A stretch of 64,000 nt of DNA from Eledone cirrhosa (GCA_964016885.1 OZ024742.1:312480001-312544000); one strand, 5' to 3'. Numbered from the stretch's first letter, positions 50,150 to 64,000 are shown. Notes: generated by a model not told the origin, from the letters alone. Numbers and translations are program-made.

Positions 50150-50525
50150 CTCTATCAGGTTTTAAATGCCAAGAAATGCTTATTCCTGAGAGGGTTGTGG
50201 AGGCAGAGTCCACAAACACTCTTTCCAGCGGGTACTGTCTGAAACAATTGTTTCCAACTTATCTGGCTGGATCCCTTTGCTAGACACTTAGCATAAACTT
50301 TACTGAGGAGGCTCAACAAAGAGATCCCTCTAAAATTGGAACAATCTCTCTTGTCTCCCTTTTTGAAAATTGGAATTATCACTCCATTGCTTAGATGCCT
50401 TTCCAAAGATCCAGACCACCTGGCACACACAAGTCAGATAGAGAATTTGAGGCTCTTAACATCTCAGGCAGAATGTTATCCTCCCCAGTGGCCTTGCTAT
50501 ATTTGAAGCGATACATCTTTTTCAA
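50150..50525 (-). pseudogene. Degraded non-LTR RT fragment
   Basis: SKATGEDNILPEML...VIIPIFKKGDKRDCSNFRGISLLSLLSKVYAKCL. Confidence 0.8.
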
Positions 50526-51899
50526 GTCATTACAAATACAAATTACAAAATGTTTGGACAATTTTCTTATAAATGTAAATCTAACATGTGCATAAAATAA
50601 ACACATATATTCAAGATATATGCACATGCAGCTAATATATGCACAAATATGATCCACACATACATATGCAAGTGTACATACACCATTTTACATCCACCTT
50701 TTAAAGACAAAGCAAAAAGGCCAAAAAAAGCCTCTATAATAATAACTTGATACCTAACAAAATTTAACAAAATACCTAAAAAAATTTAGATGTCCCACCA
50801 TTACACTTTTGGTACCAAATCACCTGAAACCATCCCTGGTTTATTTTAAGCTGTTTATTTAAAGTGTATATATATATGTTTATCTAAAAAAAACCTCCCA
50901 GTGAAATTTTATGTAACAACTTTTTATTAATTAATGTTCCAAACATCAGCTTAATGAAAAGGTTTAGCTATATAAAGCTATTCTTCATTATTTTCAAAAT
51001 TAATTGTAACATACATGGCCTGAGCACATTTCTAATGAAATGTGGTAATAAATAATGAGAAAGTTACTTATATTACTAAATCCCTTCAAATTCTTAATTA
51101 TTTTGAAAATTATTTGAAAATCAGTCAATGCCTACCAAAAATATTAACCCTTTAGCATTTACATTACTCTATATATAGTTGTATTTTCACAGAAAGGGAT
51201 TTACCTCCCATAATTATCTCACATAATATCGAATCTACAAGATTTTGATGTTTATTTTGAGAACAATACCCTAGAGTCAGTATGAGTGGACAGTTACAGC
51301 CAGTTTGAACAGAAAGAGGTGAGAGAATTCTGACCGGATATGGCCCGTTTAAATGCTAAAGGGTTAAATTTGGAAAAATTGCCCCAAAAATATTCAAATT
51401 GAACCTTCCCTCCCTTTGTGGTCAGTGCACCCCACATTCAGAATCCCTGCTTTACAAGGTCACCTGACATGCTATTACCATTACAATAAGTGATAGCTGT
51501 TCACAAGGCCATGTATAGTTGGAGAAACCAGGTAAGCCTTCAAGGCGAATGCCGATGTCTGATGCCAGTATTAAGTCTACTATCACTACCGATACTTATT
51601 TACTTACTTACCAATCAAATGCTCTATAAGTAGAAAGTTGAACTAAAAGGCTGGACATAAGAACTACCTAAGATACAGAGAGAAAAAAGATGAGTTTTCA
51701 AACTGGTGGTGTGGTGCTAGAAGTGGAAAAATGGACAATGTTTAAGCACTAAATGTGTTTCACCTCAGGAACTGGCAAACCATCAAACATACAGGGAAAC
51801 ATTTATTAATCTTGGCTTCCTTCCATATCAATATAAGATTTGTTTGTCTTCTTATTCAACTTTCTAAAATTTCATTGAATTTATGGTTTATATATTATT

Positions 51900-52302
51900 A
51901 TTATTGGCAGTATCGGTATAATGTCGAACAATATGCTTTGTGGCATAGAGTTACGGCCCTTTGCATTGATTTCAAATCCCACCGAGGTTAGCTTTGCTCT
52001 TCATCCTTACAGAGTCAATTTAATCAACTTTCTCCGCACCCAAAATTGCTGGCCTTGTGCCTGTAGTAGAAATCATTATTTTATTGTGGATTGGCAATAT
52101 TGGTAGAGCGTCGGACACCCTGCTTTGCAGCATAGAGTTGCGCCCCCTTTACAATCTGAGTTAAAATCCTGCCGAGGTTACCTTCACTTTTTAGCTTTTC
52201 AGTGTCGATGAAACATAGTACCAGTCACGTACTGGGTCGATTTAATTGAGTTCCCCATCCTGAAAAATTGTTAGCCTTGTGCCTAAATCAGAAACCATTA
52301 TT
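51900..52302 (+). mobile_element. Two SINE family 1 copies (plus a fragment at 49910-50035)
   Basis: ttggcagtatcggta...ttcaaatccc.ccgaggtta...gccttgtgcc...aga(a)a.cattatt. Confidence 0.85.
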
Positions 52303-52459
52303 AATTTTTCTATTCATTTATTTTGCAGATAAATTTATTTTGCATTTTGTATTCAGAAAACAACAAATAAATAAAGTAGACAAAGAAAAAAATGAAAGAA
52401 ATCCCTAGCTACATAACATCTGGAAATGAAACATGAACAAAAAAGGTGGGAGAGTATTA

Positions 52460-52498
<39 letters not shown>

Positions 52499-52951
52499 CA
52501 TACATATACACATACATACATATATACACCTACATATATACATACATACATACATTTATACACATACATACATACATACATACGTACATACATATATATA
52601 TACACATACATACATATATACATGATGGCTGCTCACTCATTATCGAGTATGGCCATTACACGATATACCATTATTAATTAATTATATCGTGCAATGCCTG
52701 TGCATGAAGATATTTTTTAAAGTGTGGAAAGACTGAACTGAGCCAATCCCACTCTCTGAGCGACAGTAGCTATAACCCGAAAAGGAGAAAAGATCAACAT
52801 CATCGGTAACTACCGAGCCGCAGGTTTTATATCGGAGTTATCCCAGTTTCCTGAGTTGCCTTCTCCTAGAAGAATGCCCTGACAAAGACTAGGGGTCCTT
52901 CACTCCCATACATATATATAAATACATACATACATACATACATACATACAT

Positions 52952-52998
<47 letters not shown>

Positions 52999-52999
52999 T

Positions 53000-53049
<50 letters not shown>

Positions 53050-54003
53050 CAGTACACACACACATATAAGTACTATACGTGTGTGTCAGCAATGGTGGAG
53101 GTGAGGGAATGCACTTTATGATTTTAAATCTATAGCTATTAAAAACTGGAGAACTGTAGGAGTGGATTACATTAAAGCTGAAAAATGGTAAAGAGGACGG
53201 AGCAAGAGCAATACAAATAAACCACACACATATATATACAAATAAACATGTGTGTTAATATATATATATATATATATATATCATCACCTTTTTACGTCTA
53301 TTTTTCCACACTAGCATGGGTTAGATGAGTTATCCTGTTGTGGGCAATGCTAGGTAAGGTGACCATGTCTTGCTCCAACAGAACTGCTTTTCGCTTGGTT
53401 TCTACAGTTGGATGCCCTTCCTCATTTACAGCGAGTACTAGGTGCTTTTTGTTGTGACGCCTACATGATCACTTTACATGTGTGTTTATATATACATACA
53501 TATATATATATACACATACATACATACATACACACACATTCACATAAAAACAATATATACATACACACACGCATATTCACATAAACACACACGTGTGTGT
53601 ATTTACACACAGTTCTGACACTGGGTGTTCCAGCTGTTTGATCAATGAAAGCCTGCTCATGAAATTTACATGTAAGTGGCTAAGCATTCCACAGACATCG
53701 TGTGTGCCCTTATAATTCTCTGGGAGAGTAGCCCTTTTGAATTACAAATAAAGTCCATCAGACACACTGCATAATAGTTTCCATCTACCCAATTTTAGCC
53801 AGAAGGCATGGGTCGACGCAAGGTTATGTACTTCATAAATAACACATCCAACAGTCTAATGGTTTGATAAACATCAGTGATATATCTACTCTGCTTAAAA
53901 ATTAATAAAGTATGGCTTGACATGCATCATTTTGCTGTGTTGTTGAATGATTTCAAACAAATGAAACAGTTCCAGTCCTGTAGTAGAAGCCATTTCTATA
54001 TTA

Positions 54004-54545
54004 AATAATTGTTTCTACTTTTGGCATAAGGCCAGCAATTACCCAGTACATTACTGGTACTTTATTTTATTGACCCCGTAAGGATGAAAGGCAAAGTTAA
54101 CCTTAGCGGGATTTGAACTCAGATCGTAAAGGGACATAACTACGCTGGAAAGCATGTCTGACCCTCTACCAATACTGCCAATTCATTCTATATTAAATAA
54201 TTGTTTCTACTTTTGGCACAAGGCCAGCAATTACCCAGTACATTACTGGTACTTTATTTTATTGACCTCGTAAGGATGAAAGGCAAAGTTAACCTCAGCC
54301 GGAATTGAACTCAGATCATAAAGTGCTGTAACTCTTTGCTGCAAAGCATTAAATAATTGTTTCTACTTTTGGCACAAGGCCATCAATTATCCCAGTGCAT
54401 TACTGGTACTTTATTTTATCGACCTCGTAAGGATGAAAGGCAAAGTCAACCTCGGCGGGATTTGAACTCAGATCGTAAAGGGACGTAACTATGCTGGAAA
54501 GCATGGTGTCTGACCCTCTACCGATACTGCCAATCCACCGCCCTG
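54004..54545 (-). mobile_element. Three tandem SINE family 1 copies nested in a PLE-like element
   Basis: Three units each starting attaaataattgtttctac; the host sequence resumes at 54552 (tgatgcctatactctactaatgtattgagtacc). Confidence 0.9.
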
Positions 54546-54685
54546 CAAAGCATTAAATAATGATGCCTATACTCTACTAATGTATTGAGTACCTTTTTTA
54601 ATGGAGGTTTCCCCCCTCCCCGCGATTTTACTCTGGATCTACATTACCCCTACCCAATTTTACTCAGGATATATAAACAGAATCC

Positions 54686-54791
54686 AAGGTGTCCCAAAAA
54701 ATGTATACACACTTCAACAGCATTCTAATAAATATTGCCTGTACATTACAGGTAATCAACGTGTGTATACATCTTTAGGGGACACCCTGCA
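54686..54791. mobile_element. Tc1/mariner-type MITE
   Basis: caaggtgtcccaaaa / tttaggggacaccctg; interior shared with 3212 and 30161. Confidence 0.65.
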
Positions 54792-54824
<33 letters not shown>

Positions 54825-55221
54825 GCATACACACGTGCCTATTTATACACACACACACTGTCTCTTAAAAATGCCTCCCAGAAGAAAAACATTTCTTCAT
54901 TTAACTGTCTTTATATTATTATTTTTACTTTTGAGATTAGGGAATTGAATATCCTATTTCTTTCTTTATTGTTATTATCATTACTACTACCACCACCACT
55001 ACTACTACTATTACTACTACTTCTATTATTATTATTATTACCACCACTGCTGCTGCTACTACTACTACTACTACTATTATCATTATTGTGTCAACATGGA
55101 TGGAGACAATTATTTAATAAATTATACGCAAATAATAAAAAGGATGCATATTTTTCCATCATAAGATTGGAAACAATCCCCAAAGGCAAGGTTTAGCTAA
55201 TCACAAGAAATTGTCACCACA

Positions 55222-55672
55222 CGAGAGAGGGGGGGGGGGAGAAAGGTGGAGAGGAGAGAAAAGAAAGGTGAAGAGAGAGAGAGAGAAAAGAAAGGTGGAG
55301 AGAGAGAGAAAAGAAAGGTGGAGAGAGAGAGAGAGAAAAGAAAGGTGGAGAGAGAGAGGAGAAAGGTGGAGAGAGGAGGAGAAAGGTGGAGAGAGAGGTG
55401 GAGAGAGAGGAGGAGAAAGGTGGAGAGAGAGGAGGAGAAAGGTGGAGAGAGAGGAGGAGAAAGGTGGAGAGGAGAAAGGTGGAGAGAGAGAGAAGGGGAG
55501 AGAGGGCGAGAGAAAGATAGGAGAGAGAGAGGGCGAGAGAAAGATAGGAGAGAGAGAGAGAGAGAAAGATAGGAGAGAGAGTGAGAGAAAGATAGGAGAG
55601 ATAGCGAGAGAAAGATAGGTGAGATAGCGAGAGAAAGATAGGAGAGATAGCGAGAGAAAGATAGAGAGAGGG
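55222..55672. repeat. Polypurine minisatellite (GAGAAAGGTG / GAGAAAGATAG units)
   Basis: Directly visible. Confidence 0.93.
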
Positions 55673-56069
55673 AGTTCTCTTCTCTTTGTTTTTAGATGTT
55701 CCAGAAGAATACAAGGAATATATTTAGTTGATTGTTTACAAGATGAAGAAGTGGGAGAAAAGTAAAATATAGGATATTGTTAATTTCTGTTGTTCTATCC
55801 CTTCATTATTTTCATTTCATTTTCATAATTCTCTGAGATATTATTATTGCTTCTTGGTTTTATTTTTCTCAGTTTGAGTGCCATATTATTTCCCCGACCT
55901 CCTCCTCCTCTTCTTCTTCACCCCCCCCCCCCCCCTCCTCGCCTTCAGTTTATTTCATGCAAAATCAAAATCCTATGTGAAGTAGAAGGGACAAAATGGT
56001 TTTGACTGGCCTGGGATATTTTTATATACTTATGCATCTTTTGTACATTTTACATTTACCTTTATATTT

Positions 56070-56282
56070 TGATGATTTCTATTTATAGGCACAAGGCCAG
56101 CAATTTTGGGGGAGAGGGGAAAGTTGATTAAATCGACTCCAGTGTGATTGGTACTTTATTTTATTGAGCCTGTAAGGATGAAAGGTAAAGCTAACTCCAG
56201 TGTGATTTCATCCCAGAACATAAAGGACCGTAACTATGCTGCAAAGAATGTTGTTCGACGCTCTATCAATACTGCAATCCAG
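56070..56282 (-). mobile_element. SINE family 1, long subfamily
   Basis: ggcacaaggccagcaattttgggggagagggga...aaggatgaaagg. Confidence 0.82.
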
Positions 56283-56412
56283 CTTTATAGTGTGTGTGTG
56301 CGTGAATGCAGTATGGCTGAATGGTTAAGAAATTCACTTTGTAATCATTAAGTCCCAGGTTCAATCCCACTGAGGGACATAAACAACCCCCCCCCCTGCT
56401 TTTCTTTTAAAC

Positions 56413-56578
56413 CAGACATGGGCAACCTTTTTTGAGCAGTGGGCCACATAGGATGTGACTCATCATAAGGTGGACCACACTACTAAAAAAAATTCAAGGG
56501 AATTTTGAAATTAGGTATGCAATTCAGAAAGTCAAATGGGCCACGTTTGGTTCACGGGCTGCAGTTTGCCCATGACTG
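56413..56578. mobile_element. hAT-Charlie-like MITE
   Basis: TIRs cagacatgggcaac / gtttgcccatgactg; 8-bp flanks ttttaaac and ctttaaat. Confidence 0.75.
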
Positions 56579-56618
56579 CTTTAAATGGTGTTGATATGTA
56601 GACATGCAGCAACTTGCT

Positions 56619-56660
<42 letters not shown>

Positions 56661-56804
56661 GTACGAGTGTTAATATTGATACCACCACCAGTAATTCATT
56701 GAATTACATACACTATACTGTATAAATACATGAATTACATAAATACATGTTTCCTTGTGGATGATTGGATGAGGGTCCAATAAAATCCGAAAATCAATTA
56801 AAGA

Positions 56805-56835
56805 TGTTTATCATTTTTTCAATTAACAGGTAAGT
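56805..56835 (+). promoter_or_regulatory. Candidate recursive splice site (3'SS directly followed by 5'SS)
   Basis: tgtttatcattttttcaattaaCAG|GTAAGT. Confidence 0.45.
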
Positions 56836-58329
56836 TCATATTTTCTAACATGTTTACAAATTAGATATATATTTATACACATACATACACACACTCAAAT
56901 ATGAATATAGGGTGGAAAAGTTCAAGGAGCTACCGCCTCTGTTGGTAATGAAAGGTAAATGGTATGATGCCTACATACATTATGTGAAGCTACATGGTAG
57001 TGAGACATAGATACTGAATGTAAAGAGTATGTGAAGGCTAAAAAAAATGAATCAAGCATGTTCCGGTGGATGTGTGATGTACATGCACAACAAAGCACAT
57101 AGGTTGAGAGGAACCATATGTAGTGTACAGGAGAGAAGAATGTACTGGTATAGATTAGTGATGCAATGGATGATGATGACTGGATGTGGAAAGAAGCTGA
57201 GTAAGAAGAAGACTAAGGAAAACCGGACAGAGTTGATGAAAACCCATCTCAAGATGCTGAACCCAACAAAGGAGATGGCAAAGGAAAGAAACAAGTGGAG
57301 AAATGCTGTTCTGGAAAAGACTAATCCAACCCATGTGAGCATGAAACGGCTGGCATAAAAACAATGATAATATATATCAGTCAGTCTTCTTTATTGTTTA
57401 CAATCAATAATAAAGGTCCTATGTACATATTATACAATATATAAAAAGAATATTCACAGCCTACACATTAGCAATAATATCTACTTCATTTTAACAAAGC
57501 CAATACACAAAAGCTACAAAATCTATATCAATCCGGTCATGTTTATAGCTTAAACTGCCAAGTCTGCAGCTATTTTTAAGACAGGAAATTCAAATATATC
57601 ACACTAATGATTACGAATGAAATTTGAATGGAGAGGGTTCTTTCAGCTTTCATTTTCTTTTCAAACAAGGGGAGGGTGAGCTTTATCAATTCCAACTATT
57701 GATGGGGTGTTTATAAAGTTTGTGAAATTATCAAATTCTAATAATGATTAATTAATTAATAATAAAATGAATGTTAAAACAATGTTGATGATGGTAATTT
57801 AATTGCAAAGCCATACAGTATGAAGGAGAATGTGCTTGATTTTCCTCCTAATCGATTTTACACCCATTTCTCCATGCTAGCACGGATTGGATGAAGGCAG
57901 GAGCTAATAATACTTTCACGAAGAGTTAAGCAACCAAGTGTATAAGGTTACCCTCACTCCAACCACTAAACAGAGCACCAGTTCATCATAAGATTAACCC
58001 CAACTGCTGCTGGTCAGAGTGGACTGGAGTAGCATGAAATGATGTGGTTTAATCAAGGGTACAATGTGCCACCTGGTCTAGGGATTCAACCCTCAACCAT
58101 TACATTATAACAAACACCCTCGCCAATAGGTTGCATGCCTTTCCACATGAAAGACAAGTCATGGAATTCATAACTTCATCATATAAAATATAAAGAAATA
58201 TTCCAAGAATCAAAATTAGGGTATAGATTTTCTTGGGATTTTTTTTTTTTTTTTTGCTAACCCAAGCAAGGCAATAAAACCACTAAAATTCAAAGGGTTA
58301 CTAAGAAGGAAGAAGGACAAGACAGAGAG

Positions 58330-59090
58330 AACATAATTGAAGGAAAGAGATGAAAATGATTAATGTTGTTTTTGAAATTTTTGTAAATTGTAGTGGTCAA
58401 GAAAGCAAGAAGCCAGAATAGAATTCTATAGGGAAGAAACTATCAGAATAGAATTTGTGATTGTACTTAGGAACTTCAACTGTAAATGGATGAGACCTAG
58501 CTGCTAATATGGTGTTCTGTTTAATCATAGTACAGAATTTTTATTTATCTATTTTTGATCCTGTAAGAGTTTAGAACTTTTATTCAATAAATTTCATTTG
58601 GATTATATAATATTTGAAAATAAAAATGGAAAATAAAGGATAAATTATATAGTGAAAGTAAGGGAAAGTTGAGGGAGCAACAGACTCTAGATTCTAGTGT
58701 TGATAGTATACTTAAGCTGTGCCCCACAGGCAGAAGGCATTGCTACAGGGAACAGCCAATGACAACTGCTACATCAAGAGGGAAAATGGCAGTTTGGGGA
58801 CCAAAGACACCAGAGGTTCAATAGTGACTGGCATGAAAAGGAAGCAGTCAGTCAAGTCCCAGAATTTGGTTATATTTTTCTATTCCCCAAGTTACTGGCA
58901 GCAGTGCCCAGATTTGTGGTCGAAGTGTCAAAGTTTGAGGCAGAGAACGTGTGATATCACATAGCTTCTCAGATTAGAGATTTACCTTCTGTGAACAGGA
59001 ATAAGGTTATCCTGCCTGGGTGTTTTCCCTCACCATGGTCAAATGGAACAGTTTCCACAATGAGCGTTGAAATTTTTAGAACTATAGAGT
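58330..59090 (-). pseudogene. Highly degraded LINE 3' region
   Basis: Minus strand ...ARSHPFTVEVPK...FYSDSFFP resembles L2/Jockey-group C-termini. Confidence 0.45.
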
Positions 59091-62000
59091 AGCCTCCTGA
59101 GCATTCCAACAAACACATGTGCTTTTAATTTAATTCTCAGGGAGATTCAGTGTGACAATGTCTGTGACAAGACTGATCATTTAAATTACAGATACTATCT
59201 GTCCAATGAGCTTCAAAGCAGTTTCTGTCTACTCGATTTCATGCCCAACATGGCATGTAGAATCACAATAATAATTTTGTGGGATTGGCACAAGAGTATA
59301 ACAGACTGAATCAACACTTGTACATATGCTCCACTGGTTAGAAATAACACCCAAACACACTCTATTGTCTTAACTCTTCATACCAAACTGTATAAAACTG
59401 CTTCTAGTTCTAACATACATAACTGTTATTATTTACCCACACGTGTTCCAGAAAACAAACAAACTCCCTCTCTCTTTCTTTCAAAGATAGAACTTCTAAG
59501 TTTTTCTGCTATGCGATTGCTGACACTAATGAAAACCTAGTGGTGTGAGGACCAAATGCATTTTTCATTGGACTAGCTAATAGCTGTTTAAAAACCAAGC
59601 TAGTAGTAGTATATTGAGGATGATGATGTTAATGGTGGTGATGATTTTTTTTATTGGTCACAAAGACACACAATGTTGGGTACAACAAAAAAAAAAAAAA
59701 AAAAAAGAATTTGGTGTTTACATTGAATAAAGGGACAGGGGAATAAACAAAAGGAAACAGTAGAAGAGATAAAAAAAAAACAAAGATATTAAAATAAAAA
59801 TGCACACCCACACCATATAGTATGACTATCATGGGAGTCTGAGACAGAAAAATGTGCTTCAGATTAACTATGTGAGTGAAAGACAAAGAAAAATAAGAAG
59901 AATAACAAACAGCAAACCATATCTATGAAGAATTTTATCAGTCCTAAATCCTTGTTCTACATGCCCTCCTCTAGTTTTGCTGGCTATAACCTTACCAAAG
60001 CAACCATTTAACTTTACCCTAAGGGGCTATATTTCCTGTCATGATATGTTGTTATTCTCAGGTTGTACTCTTGAGAGGGGAGCAGCTATTGAATAGCAGG
60101 GAGGGAGGGGGGGAGGATAGGTGGTTGTGGGTGGATCTAGATAGGGAGGGGTTGTAGGGGATTCTAGGTGAGGGTAAGGGTAATGGGAAGTTCTAGATAG
60201 AGAAGGTAGGCAAGCAAGCTATAGTACCACCACTACCTCTAAACCACTACTGACCTTCAGCTGTTTCCAAGATCAGAGTTAACAGGTTGCTTCTTGACCT
60301 TGCAAACATAAAACCCAGAGCATAGTTTCCAGTGGTGGTGTGGGAGGCAAGTGGGCCACTGGATGTCATAGGCTTTTGTGGGCTCTATGACATTCTCAAG
60401 ATTAGGGCTTTGTGCTTCTTCTCATAACAAATCCTTCAAGAGATAGAATGCACTGAGCTGTTGGTAGAGACGATAATGAGAAGGAAAGGAGAAAAGATGG
60501 GCAGATGTGGAAGGAGAAAATGAACAGTCATCCATCTTATAGCTTTTTTTTTTCCTTCTTTTCTTTTATTCACCTTTAATGGTTGTATATGTATTTAGTT
60601 ACATGATTAGGTCAGTCAACTTTATACTAAATGCTAAAAACAGTGCTACCATTACCACAGCTTATGACTACTTCTACAGCCAGCTAGCTTTCTGTCACAT
60701 TCATACATATATACATGTTCAGCAGCGTTGATCATTTAACCCTTTTCATACCAAACTACCCGAAAACAGCCCTTAGATACCAAACTGTTTATTTTAACCC
60801 TTTAGCATTTGCATTACTCTATATTTTCTATTTTTTCACAGAAAAGGCTTTATCACACATATCAAATCTATGAGATTTTGATATCTATTTTCAGAACAAT
60901 ATAATAACATTGGTATGAGTGGCCAGATACGGTCGGTTTAAATGCTAAAGGGTTAAAGTGTTTATATTTACCATCATAATTTTTTGTAAGGGAATTTTTA
61001 AATACATTTCAAACACCAGCTTAATCTGAGTTGTTTCACTAAATCCCTTCATATTCTTGATTGCTTGAAAATCATAAGCAGTGTCTTACATTAGAAATAT
61101 GGTAACAAAAAATTAGGGGCTGTTTTCCGATGCTGGCATTGGATGGGGGTGGGGATTCACATCTCACATTCTAGTTTAGCATGATTTCTACAGGTGAATG
61201 CCCTTCCGAAACCCATGTTCATATAATTTCACATATATTCTTAATTCCTATATTCATTTACTAGTTTTAGTCATTTAACTGAGACCATGCTGTGGTTTTT
61301 TAGTCAATCATATCGAGCCCATTACTTACGTTTAAATCTGGTACTTATTTTATTGATCTCAGTTTGTTATTATTATCAGCAACAACAAACACTGGACTTT
61401 TTAATTCATCTGTGCTGCACACAATCATGGTAAACATTTATTTTATTCACTTCCAGCTTTATCCCATTCGCTGTTAGAAGTTTGTAGTGCCAAAATAGCT
61501 TTTGACCCAATACTTTCTACATGAGATGCCAATGGACAGAATTTAATATACAAATAAAATAGTCATCATCACCATTTAATGTCCATTTTTCCACACTAGC
61601 ATATGAACATATTAACTCTTAACATCCTGTAATGATTCAGCAGAAAATATCAAAAGATATTTGAACTCAGCAAAGTATTGTGGATGAGGTTAAATACTAT
61701 ATTAGAATTACAATTTTTCTTATAAATTCAATCATTTAGTTTCATTTTTTGCCCTTGTATGTTCTGTCACCAGATTATGGTGTAACTACTAGCACTAAGA
61801 AGATTATGGTGTAAGTACTCGCACGACAGCTGGATCAGTAAAGTGATGGATGTTGATCCAGGAGGCAGTAGAGGCCTAGGAAGACCAAAAAGGACTTGGA
61901 TGGAGGATGTCCATTTGGATCAAGCTAGACATGGGCCTGGCCCAAGTGAGACCAGCAGACAAAAACACATGGAGCAGGATGCTAAGAAGCACTGTCAGGC

Positions 62001-62454
62001 AGGACCCACCCGTACTTAGGGATTAATTGTGTCTTGCATAATCAAAAGCTGGATGATGATGAAGAGGAGGAGGATGCATGAAAAGCATGGAAGGACAGAG
62101 AGAAAAACTAAGTATCAGAGGAATCAAATAAGGTGTGCAACAAAAAAGACTGTGCTGGAATGAACATATGATGCATATAGTTGATGACTGTAAAGAGTAA
62201 AGAAGTGCCAGAGGTTCTCAGTGGAAGAAAGCTGCAGTAGAGGAAGACTAAGAAAGATTTGGGTGGATTTCAGAACACTAAACTTGATAGAGATGACAAT
62301 GGAATGCATAGATGGAGGAAAGCTGTCTGTGCTGGAAAAAAAAATGCAAGCATGGAAGAGCAGACATAAAAAGATGGTGGTGGTGATGATAAGCAGCAGT
62401 AGAAAGCCATCAGTCAATAACAGAAATAATCCAATAATTCATAGCTAGATTAAC

Positions 62455-62709
62455 TTAACCCTTTTGATACCAGCCTACCTGGGGCTGTTTTGTTTTATGA
62501 TACAAATCTGGCCATTTTAAAGTATTTTATGTAAATTTAAAACCTGCTCAAGAACATTCTGTTATGTAATGTTCCAATCAAGCAGCTTCAAAATGGAGTA
62601 ATGAGTTATTTTATTAAACCCTTCATAATCCCATATTAACTTTTTTTTAAAATTAACTGAAACACTTAGAGCATGTATTACATTAGAAATATAATCATGA
62701 AAGGGTTAA
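62455..62709. mobile_element. piggyBac-type MITE family B (also ~44924-45349, 49133-49370, 50803-51140, 60736-61115)
   Basis: TTAA|cccttttgatacca ... atgaaaggg|TTAA, with shared interior motifs (gttccaaacaccagctt, cattagaaatatggtaa). Confidence 0.75.
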
Positions 62710-63479
62710 TATTTCATTTTCTTAATAAATTCAAGAGGCAGGACAGCACCCTTGAATCATTTCAGAGCTTCTGAGACTTGGGAGAGGAGTGGGAGGGGGA
62801 TATTTTCAAGCTGGAGAAATGACCAGAATGGTTGCAACAGAAAGAACTTTGTTAATAGCATCCAAGTAACCAAATAGGTGTATTAAGCCTGATAAAATGA
62901 ACCTATTATCAAAGGTATTCCAACAATGACAAACATCCCATTTTTCCCTCGGGCATTGTTTATTTCAGTGTGACTTTTCGAAAATGATAAAGTGTGATTT
63001 TAAGAAAATTTGGCTGCTATTTCTAGCAGGTTGAGTGACCTGCATAGAGCTTTCTCTTTCTCTCTCATATCCTGTAACGATCTAGCAGAAAATATCTAAA
63101 TGTCATTATGTCATTTTGTCATCATCATCATTTAACGTCTATTTTCCACGCTAGCATGGGTTAGACAGGTTTGTTAAAGACACAACATTAGTTAATAATT
63201 TTGCTAACCTGGTTTGGTCTTTGCAGTAGCAATAAATTAAATAAATAAATAACTATAGAAATACGAAGAAGACATACTTCAGAGGATTCCAATCACTTAA
63301 AACAAGGACTAAATAGGACAAAGCCACATGAAGTGTTTCATGAATATTTCTCAAGTAGGTTTGGTATATTAGTGGTGGACAGTGAACACAGAGTGGTAAT
63401 GGTGGTAGAGGGGACATGAGTAAAGGGGAGAGAGAGTACTAGAGGTAAAGGGAGTGAGAGGGAGACATACCAGAGCAAG

Positions 63480-64000
63480 GGGAGAGAGGGAGAGAGAGTG
63501 GGGGAGAGAGAGGGAGAGAGAGTGGGGAGAGAGGGAGAGAGAGTGGGGAGAGAGGGAGAGAGAGGGAGAGAGAGTGGGGAGAGAGTGGGGAGAGAGGAAG
63601 AGAGTGGGGAAGGAGAGAGGAAGAGAGTGGGGAAGGAGAGAGGAAGAGAGTGGGGAAGGAGAGAGGAAGAGAGTGGGGAAGGAGAGAGGAAGAGAGTGGG
63701 GAAGGAGAGAGGAAGAGAGTGGGGAGAGAGGAAGAGAGTGGGGAGAGAGGAAGAGGGTGGGGAGAGAGGAAGAGAGTGGGGAGAGAGGAAGAGAGTGGGG
63801 AGAGAGGAAGAGAGGAAGGGAGAGAGTGGGAAGAGAGAGGGAGAGAGAGTGGGAAGAGAGAGGGGGAGAGAGTGGGGAGAGAGGGAGAGAGTGGGAAGAG
63901 AGGGAGAGAGAGAGAGTGGGGAGAGAGGAAGAGTGGGGAAAGAGGAAGAGAGAGTGGGGAAAGAGGAAGAGAGAGTGGGGAAAGAGGAAGAGAGAGTGGG
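63480..64000. repeat. Polypurine minisatellite (23-bp GAGAGTGGGGAAGGAGAGAGGAA and shorter variants)
   Basis: Directly visible; runs off the window end. Confidence 0.95.

Noticed and set aside
56305-56375. tRNA-like sequence
   Set aside because: Degenerate SINE head with A/B boxes; no intact cloverleaf.

Overview
Eukaryotic, AT-rich, repeat-dominated DNA. The SINE/LINE repertoire and the very long (TA)n tracts suggest an octopod cephalopod (inference from repeat families, not proven). Almost all ORFs in the supplied track are microsatellite artefacts. Recognisable coding remnants are transposon-derived: RTE LINEs, an open CR1-group RT ORF, a Penelope-like (PLE) GIY-YIG C-terminus, Helitron helicase fragments and CRE-like endonuclease fragments. 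Also present are about 20 copies or fragments of one tRNA-derived SINE plus other SINEs, piggyBac/hAT/Tc1-type MITEs and a 200-N gap at 19676-19875. Three observations stand out. (1) A candidate + strand first coding exon (8257-8321, MFEVPRFLFRFPEKRSLQHVR) has two mutually exclusive upstream complementary arms: one covers the start codon and 5' splice site, the other covers the splice site and places an A-C mismatch at the -2 donor position (an ADAR R/G-site-like geometry). (2) Several type I hammerhead ribozymes with a ~90-115 nt stem II lie in (TA)n-embedded PLE termini, two of them forming a perfect 406-bp palindrome. (3) A ratchet-point-like recursive splice motif lies at 56827-56835 on the same strand as the putative giant intron.
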